64,000 nt of DNA from Candidatus Daviesbacteria bacterium (lineage in GTDB: Bacteria > Patescibacteriota > Microgenomatia > Daviesbacterales > UBA10151): positions 71,288-135,287 of the forward strand of contig JACPKP010000004.1 in NCBI GenBank assembly GCA_016186955.1. Reading direction: 5' to 3'. Each line of letters begins with the position of its first letter. Position 1 is the first letter of the stretch. Positions 1 to 9,120 of the stretch are shown piece after piece. Position numbers and translations under genes: made by a program. Under the pieces are notes generated by a model, which was not told the DNA's origin, searched no databases, and saw only the letters and a list, made by a program, of their open reading frames with translations.

Positions 1-4
1 GATT

Positions 5-1363
5 GTGGTAACCCCCCCCAATTTAAAATTCAAAACAATACTTGAACATTTCCAATTTAAGGACAGGGAGGTTTTTGAGCAAAGCCTTCATCTGGTGAAA
101 AGAAAAATTGCAGAGATTCCAGTACCTCTTCAGTTGGGCAGTGTATTGTTTAAAAAAGAAATTAACCCCAAAAAACTTTGGGTAAACTTAATGGATGGTT
201 GGTTTGAGCAGATACGTTCAAAAATATGGCGCGAAGGTTTCTCACCGAAATTTACAACCGTACTGACTGCAGAACCTGTTTTTTTTACCAACAGGGTTAC
301 TGCTTCAGGAGAGGTATATTTTAACTACGGCCAGCATCTGGCGGTTGTTAAAACATACAGTGGTAGATTAATACCTGAGCAGGTGCTGGAACTTGAAGCT
401 TTAATAGAAAAAGCCAATAAAAAATTACTCCTGCCTCAAATCTACCAATGGATTGTTAATGCTGATGCAAAAAATAACGGGAAACTGTTGATTGTCAAGC
501 TGTCCCCATTTACCGGCAATCCATTCCAGGAAGGACAGGATTTATATTACAGGGATATAAACAAAAATAAGCCAGAGGATCCGGTTTCAACCGAAAAGTC
601 TTCTGTTAAGGTTTTTCTGGAAATGGGCGATGACTATAAAATTGCCCGGGGTATTGACGGGGTTTTCATTAAAGGGGAAAAAGTTACCGATTATGATACA
701 AAGATCCTGCAGCTTGTTGAGGCGGGGATAACTTTTCCGGCGGCTCCGATTATTTTTAGGTTGCCTGATATTAAGGAGGGTTTTGGAGGGGTAAGGGGAA
801 CACTGAAGTTAATACATTCGGATACAATCTTAAAAAAAGAGGCTGAAATTTATCTTTTTTGCCGGCACAAAAAAGGGCTTTTAAATGCAGCTATAGGGAT
901 ACCTTTTACCAGGTCTGTCCAGGAATTTTTACAGATCAAAAGGGATTTGGCGGTTTTGGGTATCTCCAGGAAAGGCAGCTTAAAATTATGGTTTGAAATG
1001 GCAGCCCCGGAAAATATCCTTAATTTGGAAGATTATTTGATGGCAGGTTTTGACGGGGCGATTATTAATTTAGATGAGTTGGCTGCTTGGCTTGGAGGGT
1101 TTAACCCTGAAGAGCCGGAAAGCATTTTTTATAAAAAGCAGGTAGGCGCAATGGTTAAATTTTTAGAGGATGGTTTAAAAGTTTTACATAAGGCTGGTAT
1201 TCCCATGCTTGCCAGCGGGAAACTGGCTTTGCATGATGATGTGCTGGCATTTTTGATAAATAAAGGTGTTTGGGGTATTAATGTTGATTTTTCCAATATA
1301 TTTGGAATACATGACCATCTTAGGTTTGTTGAAAAAAGAAACTTAAGGCTTAAAACAGCATGA
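5..1363 (+). CDS. PEP-utilizing enzyme family protein, similar to the C-terminal TIM-barrel of PEP synthase/pyruvate phosphate dikinase. The ORF is open to the window edge, so it is probably 5'-partial.
   Basis: ORF-track translation shows 'MAGFDGAIINLDELAAWLGG' and 'LASGKLALHDDVLAFLINKGVWGINVD', which resemble PEP-utilizer C-terminal motifs. There is no stop codon upstream within the window. Confidence 0.4.
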   Translation: MVTPPNLKFKTILEHFQFKDREVFEQSLHLVKRKIAEIPVPLQLGSVLFKKEINPKKLWVNLMDGWFEQIRSKIWREGFSPKFTTVLTAEPVFFTNRVTASGEVYFNYGQHLAVVKTYSGRLIPEQVLELEALIEKANKKLLLPQIYQWIVNADAKNNGKLLIVKLSPFTGNPFQEGQDLYYRDINKNKPEDPVSTEKSSVKVFLEMGDDYKIARGIDGVFIKGEKVTDYDTKILQLVEAGITFPAAPIIFRLPDIKEGFGGVRGTLKLIHSDTILKKEAEIYLFCRHKKGLLNAAIGIPFTRSVQEFLQIKRDLAVLGISRKGSLKLWFEMAAPENILNLEDYLMAGFDGAIINLDELAAWLGGFNPEEPESIFYKKQVGAMVKFLEDGLKVLHKAGIPMLASGKLALHDDVLAFLINKGVWGINVDFSNIFGIHDHLRFVEKRNLRLKTA

Positions 1364-1366
1364 AAG

Positions 1367-2038
1367 TTAGAGTGTAAATAATAGAATAATCTCTCCTTTG
1401 GGACGCTGCGATGAAAGTTTGTTCATCCAAAAAGATAACTTCTGTTTCTCCACAGCCTGATGGATTTTAGATAGCTCCCTAGCCAAAGTTATTTCAACAT
1501 CACCAAACACCTCCAGCATGTCCCCTAAAGTCCGGGTTAATTTAAAAGGGGCTACAAATATTATATAAGTTGTCTGTAAAATTTTGTTGCTTTGCATGAT
1601 TTTTTCCAGCATGCTTTTTCTTTTACCCTGTTTTTGGGGTAAATACCCTAAAAATAAAAACTTGTCAGGCGGTAAACCGGATAGGGTGAGGGCGGTTATA
1701 ACCGAAGTCGGGCCGGGAAGTGAATCAACAGTGATATTTTCCTCCAGACAATTTTTGACCAGTTTATATCCGGGGTCGGAAATCAGCGGAGTCCCTGCAT
1801 CAGATACCAGGGCAAAGTTTTGTCCCTGTTTGAGTTTTTCTAAAAGCATGGGGGCTGTTTTTTCTTCATTAAAGTCATTTAAAACCATCATTGGTTGTTT
1901 AATTTCATAATGGTTGAGTAAAACAGAAGTTCTTCTGGTGTCCTCGCAGATTATTCCGTCACAACTTCTAAGCGCCTCAAGCGCCCTTAAAGTGATATCT
2001 TTTAGATTACCGATAGGTGTTGGTATGATAGTTAACAT
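1367..2038 (-). CDS. rsmI: 16S rRNA (cytidine1402-2'-O)-methyltransferase RsmI (tetrapyrrole-methylase fold). The start is placed at the internal ATG (MLTIIPTPIGN...).
   Basis: 'IIPTPIGNLKDITLRALEAL...SDAGTPLISDPGYKLV' matches the RsmI family. The ATG lies at 2036-2038 on the minus strand. Confidence 0.8.
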   Translation of the reverse strand: MLTIIPTPIGNLKDITLRALEALRSCDGIICEDTRRTSVLLNHYEIKQPMMVLNDFNEEKTAPMLLEKLKQGQNFALVSDAGTPLISDPGYKLVKNCLEENITVDSLPGPTSVITALTLSGLPPDKFLFLGYLPQKQGKRKSMLEKIMQSNKILQTTYIIFVAPFKLTRTLGDMLEVFGDVEITLARELSKIHQAVEKQKLSFWMNKLSSQRPKGEIILLFTL

Positions 2039-2173
2039 AATATTTGACGGTAGAAAGTGGATGATTGATAATAGTAGTAGAAGATGGAGAATGGAAGGTA
2101 AGGATCTAGCTTCTATTTTCAATCCTCAAAATACTATTTTCTATCTTCTATAATCCATAGTCAATTATATTCT

Positions 2174-2782
2174 ATGTTGGAACAGATTGCTAATTGGATA
2201 ATAAATGTTATCTCAACAATGGGCTACCCGGGAATTATGTTGACTATGGCGGTTGAGTCAGCGCTGATCCCTTTGCCTTCTGAGATAATAATGCCTTTTT
2301 CCGGGTTTTTGGTTTCTACAGGAAAATTTGATTTAAATCTTGTTGCTTTATCAGGAGCAGTGGGAAATGTTTTAGGCTCTCTTTTGGCTTACTGGTTGGG
2401 GTATTGGGGGCATGAAAGGGTGGTGAGGAGATTAGTAAAGAGGTGGGGTAAATGGATTTTGCTCAGCGAAAAAGAACTGGATGAAGCTGAGAAGCTTTTG
2501 CATAAATATAAAGACCTGGTGGTTTTGGGCAGCAGGGTGATCCCGGGGATTAGGACTGTGATCTCACTTCCTTGCGGGATAGCAAAGCTGCCGTTGAAAA
2601 GGTTTGTCTTTTTAACCTTTATCGGGTCGCTTATTTGGTCGTATTTTTTGGCATGGATCGGGTTGGTGATGGGGGAAAATTGGGATACACTGGGGCCGTA
2701 TTTCCATAAAGCAGATGCAGTTGTGGGGGTTGCAATAGCTGGGGGATTAGTGCTATATGTTTATCATAGACTTAAGAGATAA
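2174..2782 (+). CDS. DedA/SNARE-associated family membrane protein
   Basis: 'VESALIPLPSEIIMPFSGFLVSTGKF' is the DedA signature, and hydrophobic segments are present. Confidence 0.7.
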   Translation: MLEQIANWIINVISTMGYPGIMLTMAVESALIPLPSEIIMPFSGFLVSTGKFDLNLVALSGAVGNVLGSLLAYWLGYWGHERVVRRLVKRWGKWILLSEKELDEAEKLLHKYKDLVVLGSRVIPGIRTVISLPCGIAKLPLKRFVFLTFIGSLIWSYFLAWIGLVMGENWDTLGPYFHKADAVVGVAIAGGLVLYVYHRLKR

Positions 2783-3036
2783 TGCCATACATAGAGCAGA
2801 CGATTGATCTTTTACTCCAGCCCCTTGCAGATTACCTGAAAAATTTACCAGAAAATGAGCAGGATGGGTCCTTAAATTATGCAGTTACTAAGCTGCTGCA
2901 TGAAATCTACCCTTTGCGCTACAGGCATATCAACAGGGCTATGGGTGTTTTATCCTGTATTGAAAAGGAGTACTACCGTAAGGTTGCAGCACCCTATGAA
3001 GACACAAAAATCCAGCAAAATGGGGAGGTAGTTTAA
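2782..3036 (+). CDS. hypothetical small protein
   Basis: 84-aa ORF with start/stop overlap with the upstream gene (ATGA). Confidence 0.3.
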   Translation: MPYIEQTIDLLLQPLADYLKNLPENEQDGSLNYAVTKLLHEIYPLRYRHINRAMGVLSCIEKEYYRKVAAPYEDTKIQQNGEVV

Positions 3037-3654
3037 TTAATTAAACCTTCTAATCACACCGACGCATTTTCCTTGGATTCTGCAATCTGTTGTATAAATT
3101 GGTTGCATGGCAGCGTTGGCAGGTTCCAGGCGGATCCGGTCGTTTTCCCTAAAGAAGCGTTTTAAAGTTGCCAACCCGGTGCCCAAAAGCGCTACCACAA
3201 TTTCCCCGTCATTGGCAGTCATGGTTTCTTCGATAATCACAAAATCCCCGTCTAAGATTCCATCCTCAATCATTGAATCGCCTTTAACCTGTAAAACATA
3301 GGAACGCTTTTTATCAGAAAGCAGCGAAGGTGAAACCCCTATTGTGGCATCGGGGTCAGTGTAGGGCATAATCGGTTCCCCTGCGGCGATAAACCCTAAA
3401 ACAGGCAGCTCTATGCCCTGCAAGGCGCCTGATATCTTTTGGTCTAAAACCTCAATACCCCTGACAGTCCCTTCAAACCTTTTGATCACCCCTTTTTGGG
3501 CCAGGGTCCTAAGATGCTCATGGACTGTTGCCAAGGATGAAACACCGATTGCATCGGCAATTTCACCAAGGGTTGGGGAATAGCCATACTTTTCTATATA
3601 GTCCTTTAAAAACCGTAAGACCTGTTTTTGGCGTCTGTAAAGAGTAACAATCAT
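3037..3654 (-). CDS. lexA: LexA repressor (winged-helix domain plus S24 peptidase domain)
   Basis: 'GYSPTLGEIADAIGVSS...TVHEHL' is the N-terminal HTH. 'VLQVKGDSMIEDGILDGDFVII...LKRF' is the S24 Ser/Lys catalytic domain. The ATG at 3652-3654 is preferred over the upstream TTG. Confidence 0.85.
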   Translation of the reverse strand: MIVTLYRRQKQVLRFLKDYIEKYGYSPTLGEIADAIGVSSLATVHEHLRTLAQKGVIKRFEGTVRGIEVLDQKISGALQGIELPVLGFIAAGEPIMPYTDPDATIGVSPSLLSDKKRSYVLQVKGDSMIEDGILDGDFVIIEETMTANDGEIVVALLGTGLATLKRFFRENDRIRLEPANAAMQPIYTTDCRIQGKCVGVIRRFN

Positions 3655-3672
3655 ACTACGAAACTTTACCAA

Positions 3673-3689
3673 ACAGAACCCGTAGCTGT
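3673..3689. promoter_or_regulatory. candidate LexA operator, an inverted repeat ACAG-N9-CTGT 20-35 nt upstream of the lexA start
   Basis: The sequence 'acagaacccgtagctgt' is read directly, and its position fits an autoregulatory site. The motif is not confirmed upstream of uvrA or uvrB. Confidence 0.2.
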
Positions 3690-3723
3690 CAACTGGGTAA
3701 ATTTATATCAAACATAGTCAGTT

Positions 3724-4113
3724 TTGATTATTTGTAAATTTAGTGGTAGGATTTGGGTAAAGAGTTATATGGTTGAGACAGTCAAGAAATTTACTCCGGT
3801 GCAAGAGCTTAAAATAAGGCAGTTAGTACATATATCCAAGCTTTTGTATGATCTGGATTTGGAATTTAGGACACTGGGAAAGAATACACTGGAACATAAA
3901 TGGTTTGACGGCAAAAACCATAGAGTAGAAACTATTAATCAAACATATCTGGACGGGCTTAGGAAAATAAGGAACAATATTTATTTAGCATTAGGCCAGG
4001 AAGGGTTTACCAAAGAAGGAAATATGATCCTCCAAAAATATTTAACCCCTTACGATATTGCAATGGGTGATAAATTTAAGCAAAAGTCAGTTGCGGATCA
4101 GGCTGTAACCTGA
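3724..4113 (+). CDS. hypothetical protein
   Basis: 129-aa ORF, possibly starting at the internal M (MVETVKKF). Confidence 0.35.
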   Translation: MIICKFSGRIWVKSYMVETVKKFTPVQELKIRQLVHISKLLYDLDLEFRTLGKNTLEHKWFDGKNHRVETINQTYLDGLRKIRNNIYLALGQEGFTKEGNMILQKYLTPYDIAMGDKFKQKSVADQAVT

Positions 4114-5271
4114 TTTTTTTTGGTTCTCAATTATATAACCTAAAGAGACAAAAGCCGGGTTTTTTCTAATCCTGTAAATTAAGGCATTTAAAGCCCAATC
4201 AGAGCCTTCACCGTTTTTCCAAAGCGCTTCAAAAATTTCATCCTTGGTGACTGTTTTTCCTGCCCGGCTTTTAAGCAGTGCAAACAACCTTGATTCTTGA
4301 AACGGCAGCCTTACTCTGGCGCCCGATTTTATAAAATCAGCGAGGAGGGTGGTAAAAACCTCCAATTTTCCTCCGGTTTTTTTAACAAATCCTGTATCCA
4401 AAAGGTACTTTTCCGGAGTTTTTACCTTTTTTCCCAGGGCGGTTTTTTGGAGCAGTTTTCTTTGCGGATATTTAAGATATTTGTACAAGTCTTTAAGCTG
4501 GAATTTTATGGCCTTATCCTGCAGGGGATTTTCGTGCAGGCAGTCTGATTTTAAAAGAAGCTGCAAAAGCTGGTAGTGTCCGCCTGATAATTCTAAAGCC
4601 CTGTCAAAATCTTGATGCTTCAAAAATTTGGGAGCATTTAGTCCGGTAAGTTTTTTTAGATCTTCTTTTGAGTATGGTTTCAGGTAAAAAGTTTTAGAAT
4701 ACATATTTAAATTTCCGCCTGAGAGGGCTTTTGGTGATTGTTCCAGCAAAGGCCTGTTTGCCGCAAAAACCATGACAATTTTCTCTTTGTCTATATCACG
4801 CAATGAGCGCAAATTTGAGAAAAAAGATTGTTCCAGCAAAGGCCTGTTTGCCGCAAAAACCATGACAATTTTCTCTTTGTCTATATCACGCAATGAGCGC
4901 AAATTTGAGAAAAAATCTTCATTGAATTCCTTTTTAAGCCTGTCAAAACGGTTAAAAATTATGACTATGCGTCTATGTTTTTGAGCAAGCTCTTCCAGAG
5001 GATGGCGCAACTGCTTGCGGAGCAGTTTAAAGAGCTCACTTCTTGACAGTTTTGGAAGCTCATTGATATCGACATGGACAAAGTATGCGAATTTTTGGGT
5101 CGCCAGGAAACGCAAAAAAATAGAAATACCCATCGAAGGCATGCCGCAGACTGAAAATGTTGTGGAGTTTTCAATAAGTTGCCTGATCTTTTTAATATCC
5201 TCCCTGCAAAATTTCGGCCCCAGTTTTGCTTCTTTGAAAGAATTTGACATAAGTAAGTTGAAACGCGTCAC
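4087..5271 (-). CDS. AAA-type ATPase with a C-terminal OmpR/CadC-type winged-helix DNA-binding domain (putative transcriptional regulator). It contains an exact 30-aa internal duplication.
   Basis: The C-terminus 'TVTKDEIFEALWKNGEGSDWALNALIYRIRKN...GYSL' matches trans_reg_C. The N-terminal half looks like a P-loop ATPase. The segment 'FFSNLRSLRDIDKEKIVMVFAANRPLLEQS' occurs twice. Confidence 0.55.
   Translation of the reverse strand: MTRFNLLMSNSFKEAKLGPKFCREDIKKIRQLIENSTTFSVCGMPSMGISIFLRFLATQKFAYFVHVDINELPKLSRSELFKLLRKQLRHPLEELAQKHRRIVIIFNRFDRLKKEFNEDFFSNLRSLRDIDKEKIVMVFAANRPLLEQSFFSNLRSLRDIDKEKIVMVFAANRPLLEQSPKALSGGNLNMYSKTFYLKPYSKEDLKKLTGLNAPKFLKHQDFDRALELSGGHYQLLQLLLKSDCLHENPLQDKAIKFQLKDLYKYLKYPQRKLLQKTALGKKVKTPEKYLLDTGFVKKTGGKLEVFTTLLADFIKSGARVRLPFQESRLFALLKSRAGKTVTKDEIFEALWKNGEGSDWALNALIYRIRKNPAFVSLGYIIENQKKSGYSLIRN
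4736..4915. repeat. perfect 90-bp tandem duplication (2 x 90 bp, in frame) inside the AAA/wHTH regulator gene
   Basis: 4736-4825 is identical to 4826-4915, read directly from the sequence. Confidence 0.9.
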
Positions 5272-5550
5272 TATTTTATCACTTTTTTATCAAGCAAAGC
5301 ATTAAGAAGTTGTTTATGATTCTAAAACAATGAAAGAGCATGTCGACAGGGCTAGGCGTCAATACGAAGGAGAGATGGAAAAAGAAAAGTGGTTGGTTTT
5401 TTACAGCGGTATAAAAGAAATTGAAGAAGTTGAGGAATTAGTTTCGGGATTACCGGATATAGAACTGGAAGTTGTTGCAGAGTCACCGCGGCGCTAGATT
5501 TTACGGCTTGAAAGCAATAAGAGGATATTTAAGCGGGAATATAAAAGAAT

Positions 5551-6016
5551 ATGATTAAAGAATCAGAATTGAATAGATTTGACAAAGAAAAAATTGAGGC
5601 AATTATTGCAAATTACCGCAAATATCCTTTAGATGATCCTAAAGCAGACCCTCGCAGAAAAGTTTTTGAAAGCAGCATTTTTAATGGACCATCAAGAACG
5701 AGATACATGTATAAGAATTTATAGTAAGCATATTGCAGGAGTAACAATTCCGGAGGAGGTAAGAGATAGGGAATGGTTAAACCAAGTGGGAAAGAATTTG
5801 AATGGAGTAGGGGAAAAGCCCAAAAATAATGGAGTAATCTTTTGGCAGGAAATTTCCAAACTAGTGCCCGAACTGCTTTCCCATGAAGAGTTGAGCTGGT
5901 TAATGGAAAATGATCCAAAAGGAACAGGTGGATTTGATTTGTGTTGTAATATGTATTTTTTTGGACATTCATTACTTGCAAGTATGTTTGGGGTTTCTGT
6001 ACATGCCTGGAAGTAA
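5551..6016 (+). CDS. hypothetical protein, possibly a single ~155-aa gene split by a frameshift at a T5 run (~5687-5691). Taken separately, the two pieces are ORFs 5551-5724 and 5633-6016.
   Basis: Two overlapping plus-strand ORFs in adjacent frames. Removing one T from 'gcatttttaatgg' fuses them. The minus-strand ORFs here have low-complexity translations. Confidence 0.2.
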
Positions 6017-6097
6017 AAATAGCCTGCCACCTCGGAGGTGGGAGGCAAAGGCTAAATTATTAATTTTTTGGTTGGTTTTAAAAACGACTGAAAGGAG

Positions 6098-6331
6098 GTG
6101 ATTAAAATAGCAAAAGAGAGAGAACCGGAATATTCCGGTAATGTGAAAATTAAGCTTGAATCGGCAGTAGTCACCAGTGATAGATCTGCACGTGTTTTGG
6201 TTTATGACGGTGAAAGGTTAGTGGCAGAGATTTTAGCGGAAATGAGGATGGGTTTGGGCGCAGATTATGGGATGTACCATTATGTAACGCTCCATCCTAC
6301 CCAAAAAACGGTATGTAAATTACTGGTTTAA
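6098..6331 (+). CDS. hypothetical small protein
   Basis: An AGGAGG sequence lies just upstream, and the ORF has a GTG start. No recognisable family. Confidence 0.25.
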   Translation: MIKIAKEREPEYSGNVKIKLESAVVTSDRSARVLVYDGERLVAEILAEMRMGLGADYGMYHYVTLHPTQKTVCKLLV

Positions 6332-7645
6332 AAGGTTGGATAGCATGTCCAGCACAGTTTTGCCAGGATTTTTAGGGTCAGGGATGGCAGCGAGGCATTT
6401 TTTGTACTGCCCCTCAATAGTTGCAGCCTGTTTTAATAATCCCGCATCTTTTAAATGTTCAAAAGTTTGAGCTGCAAAAAGCAGGTTGATGTTGCCTGAA
6501 AAATGGGGATCATCAAAAAAAGTTCCGCAGCTGGTCCTCGAAGTTAATGCTGAAACCTTAGCGCTGATCAGTGACAAACGGGGAGTGGTATGGACCCCGC
6601 CCGGGTTTTTAAAATGTTTATCAAAAGATGAGGCCATCAGCTCTATGTAGTCTTCCTGTTTTAATCCAAACTCTTTTTTGACAATTTTTGTGACAGCATC
6701 ATTTAATTTTTGATGTGATTTATAAAATGGGGCCTTCCATGATAAATCTCCCTGCCCGCAGCTGCAGACCCCCTGCCACCTGATTAAATTTCCGTGGGGA
6801 CAGCTCCAGGCAGTCCTTTCCTTAAGCCTGCCCCGCAGGGGGTTTTTGATCTCCAGATCATTTATAGGGATAGTGTTTATCCCATGGTTTGGCAGGGCGT
6901 TGTTTAATAAGTATTCTAAAAATATATCGCCAAACTTCCAGTGCCAGCCGAAAGTCTCCCCGTCTGTCCAGCCGATACAGATCTCATCTTCCTTCAGTTG
7001 ATAGGCTGTGGGGAGTATGAACTGTTTTGCAAAAACATTAGAGTTATGTTTTTCAGCAAAAGCCAGCGCACCGGAAAACCGCCTGTTAAACGGCAAAGCG
7101 AGAAGGTTTATTTTACCGGGAAGCTCCAAAAAAACAGGCTTGTTATCGCAAAAACCGCCTGATTCAAGCTCAATTTGTTCAGGCGCGCAGATTACACCCC
7201 GGTAACCGGATTTTGATAATATTGCCAGCGTCTCATTATCCAGTGCGCTCTCAGGCGCCCAAAAATATTTTGGTGTAAACCCCAAACTGTTGATCCCCGC
7301 TCCGGTTAAAATCTCCTTGTCTTCTTTTATAAGGTCAGGCAAAAGTGGATGGATAAAAGGATCACCCACACCGTTGCTGCTAATAGATTCTTGTATGACA
7401 GACAATGTTTGTCTGTCTCCTTTTTCCAGTTGCTCCCGCAAAATCCCATAACAGGTAAATGAAACTTTTTCAAGCAGGCCTTTTTTTGCCAGGGGGTGGT
7501 AACATTCCTCGGTTATAACTTCTGTCCAGTTTTTGCCTGTTTCCTGATAGTTTTGTGGGTCTGTTTTAATATGTCTTAAATTTTTATGGGAAGCTTCCCT
7601 AGGGGGTTGGTAAAGATGCAGGCCGACAGATAACTCTCTGGTCAT
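6320..7645 (-). CDS. GH57-like / DUF3536-type glycoside-hydrolase family protein (tentative)
   Basis: The N-terminal 'VGLHLYQPPRE' resembles the GH57 'HQP' motif. This 441-aa family call is uncertain. Confidence 0.4.
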   Translation of the reverse strand: MTRELSVGLHLYQPPREASHKNLRHIKTDPQNYQETGKNWTEVITEECYHPLAKKGLLEKVSFTCYGILREQLEKGDRQTLSVIQESISSNGVGDPFIHPLLPDLIKEDKEILTGAGINSLGFTPKYFWAPESALDNETLAILSKSGYRGVICAPEQIELESGGFCDNKPVFLELPGKINLLALPFNRRFSGALAFAEKHNSNVFAKQFILPTAYQLKEDEICIGWTDGETFGWHWKFGDIFLEYLLNNALPNHGINTIPINDLEIKNPLRGRLKERTAWSCPHGNLIRWQGVCSCGQGDLSWKAPFYKSHQKLNDAVTKIVKKEFGLKQEDYIELMASSFDKHFKNPGGVHTTPRLSLISAKVSALTSRTSCGTFFDDPHFSGNINLLFAAQTFEHLKDAGLLKQAATIEGQYKKCLAAIPDPKNPGKTVLDMLSNLLNQ

Positions 7646-7741
7646 TTTTTTGATTATACTCCACTACCTTAACCATTTGACAAATTAGATTCATAAAGGT
7701 ACAATTCACTCTCAACTATGGGTTAATTAAATCTTAAAAAT

Positions 7742-8713
7742 ATGAGCATAGAATCATCAATCCGGACAAGCCGTGAAATCAGTGTGGATCCTTTGGAAAT
7801 TTATTTAAAAGATATTAACCAGGGGGAGTTACTGACAGCGCAAGAGGAGCTAGACTTGGCTAAAACTTACGGAAAAGGCAGGAGGGCTCAAGAAAAATTA
7901 AAAACATGTGAAGGCGGCCGCAGCAAGAAAAGGTTGGAAAAGATTGTTGCTGAAGGGCAGGAGGCAAAAACAAAACTGATTGAAAGGAATTTAAGGCTGG
8001 TTGTTAGTATAGCGCAAAAACACGGCAGAAAAGGTTTACCCCTTTTGGATTTAATCCAAGAGGGCAACTTCGGACTTTTCAGGGCGGTTGATAAATTTGA
8101 TTTTAAGAGGGGATATAGATTTTCAACATATGCTTACAGATGGATAGAACAATTTATAAATAGGACTCTGGCTAATGATTCAAGGAATATCAGAATACCG
8201 GTGCATGTGGTTGAAAAGTTTGGCAGGATAGACAGGATTTCTGCAGATGTGGCACAGGAATTTGGCAGGGAGGCAACACCCGAAGAAATGGCATTGGCAA
8301 TGAATACTACAGTTGCCAGGATAAGGGAGATCGATAGAGCCAGGCAGGAATCTGTTTCGCTTGAAAAGCCTGTCAGAAGCAAGGATGGTGATGACCGGGC
8401 AGCCAAATTGGAAGATATTATAAAAGCCCCGGATGATTCTGCAGTTGAAGCGGTAGAAAGTGTTGCAGAGTCCGAACTTTTAAAAATCCTGAAAGATAAT
8501 TTAAGCGAGAGGGAATATCAAGTGTTGCTAATGCGCTTTAGTGAGCAAAAACCACTTCAGGAAATAGCAGGGGCTATTGGTATATCCAGGGAGAGGGCCA
8601 GGCAGATTGAAATAAAGGCTTTGGGGAAGTTAAGAACACCCAGAATACAAAACAGACTAAAAAAGTTCATTAGTGATGAACCGCTAAAAATTATAAGAGA
8701 AAACTATTCATAA
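7742..8713 (+). CDS. RNA polymerase sigma-70 family factor (regions 1.2, 2, 3 and 4 present)
   Basis: 'LIERNLRLVVSIAQKH...LLDLIQEGNFGLFRAVDKFDFKRGYRFSTYAYRWIEQFI' is region 2. The C-terminal HTH is 'LQEIAGAIGISRERARQIE'. Confidence 0.85.
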   Translation: MSIESSIRTSREISVDPLEIYLKDINQGELLTAQEELDLAKTYGKGRRAQEKLKTCEGGRSKKRLEKIVAEGQEAKTKLIERNLRLVVSIAQKHGRKGLPLLDLIQEGNFGLFRAVDKFDFKRGYRFSTYAYRWIEQFINRTLANDSRNIRIPVHVVEKFGRIDRISADVAQEFGREATPEEMALAMNTTVARIREIDRARQESVSLEKPVRSKDGDDRAAKLEDIIKAPDDSAVEAVESVAESELLKILKDNLSEREYQVLLMRFSEQKPLQEIAGAIGISRERARQIEIKALGKLRTPRIQNRLKKFISDEPLKIIRENYS

Positions 8714-9117
8714 GAGGTTGTATTAGGCTCCATCCTATAATTGGGGTTGTTTAAGAATTCATCAACTTTGTTTAAAATCTCAAAAGGTGTAAGACGCATT
8801 TTCATCAGATACCCCTGGGCACCTATCCGGAAAGCATAGTTTATAATATTTTCACTACCCAGGTTAGTGATCAACACCACTGGAATTTTTTTAGTGCTTT
8901 CCTGGCTTTTTAATTTTTTCAGCACCTCTATGCCGTTTAATTTAGGGATCATTATGTCCAGCAAAATCAGGTTTAAATCTGAAGAGGCCATCTTTAATGC
9001 CTGTTCCCCATCGATTACAGTAATAACCTGGTAACCTGCTTCGGTCAGAATTTTTTGGTAAAGTTCACTGATAAACGATTCATCTTCTACCAGTAAAATT
9101 TTACCTTTGCTGTTCAT
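8704..9117 (-). CDS. single-domain response regulator (CheY-like receiver)
   Basis: 'KILLVEDE...LILLDIMIPKLNGIEVLKKLK...PVVLITN' carries the receiver-domain Asp and Lys positions. Confidence 0.8.
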   Translation of the reverse strand: MNSKGKILLVEDESFISELYQKILTEAGYQVITVIDGEQALKMASSDLNLILLDIMIPKLNGIEVLKKLKSQESTKKIPVVLITNLGSENIINYAFRIGAQGYLMKMRLTPFEILNKVDEFLNNPNYRMEPNTTSYE

Positions 9118-9120
9118 ATA

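Noticed and set aside
5613-6048. Minus-strand ORFs 5613-5981 and 5719-6048
   Set aside because: Their translations are low-complexity (Leu/Pro/Tyr-rich), and they overlap a more protein-like plus-strand frame.
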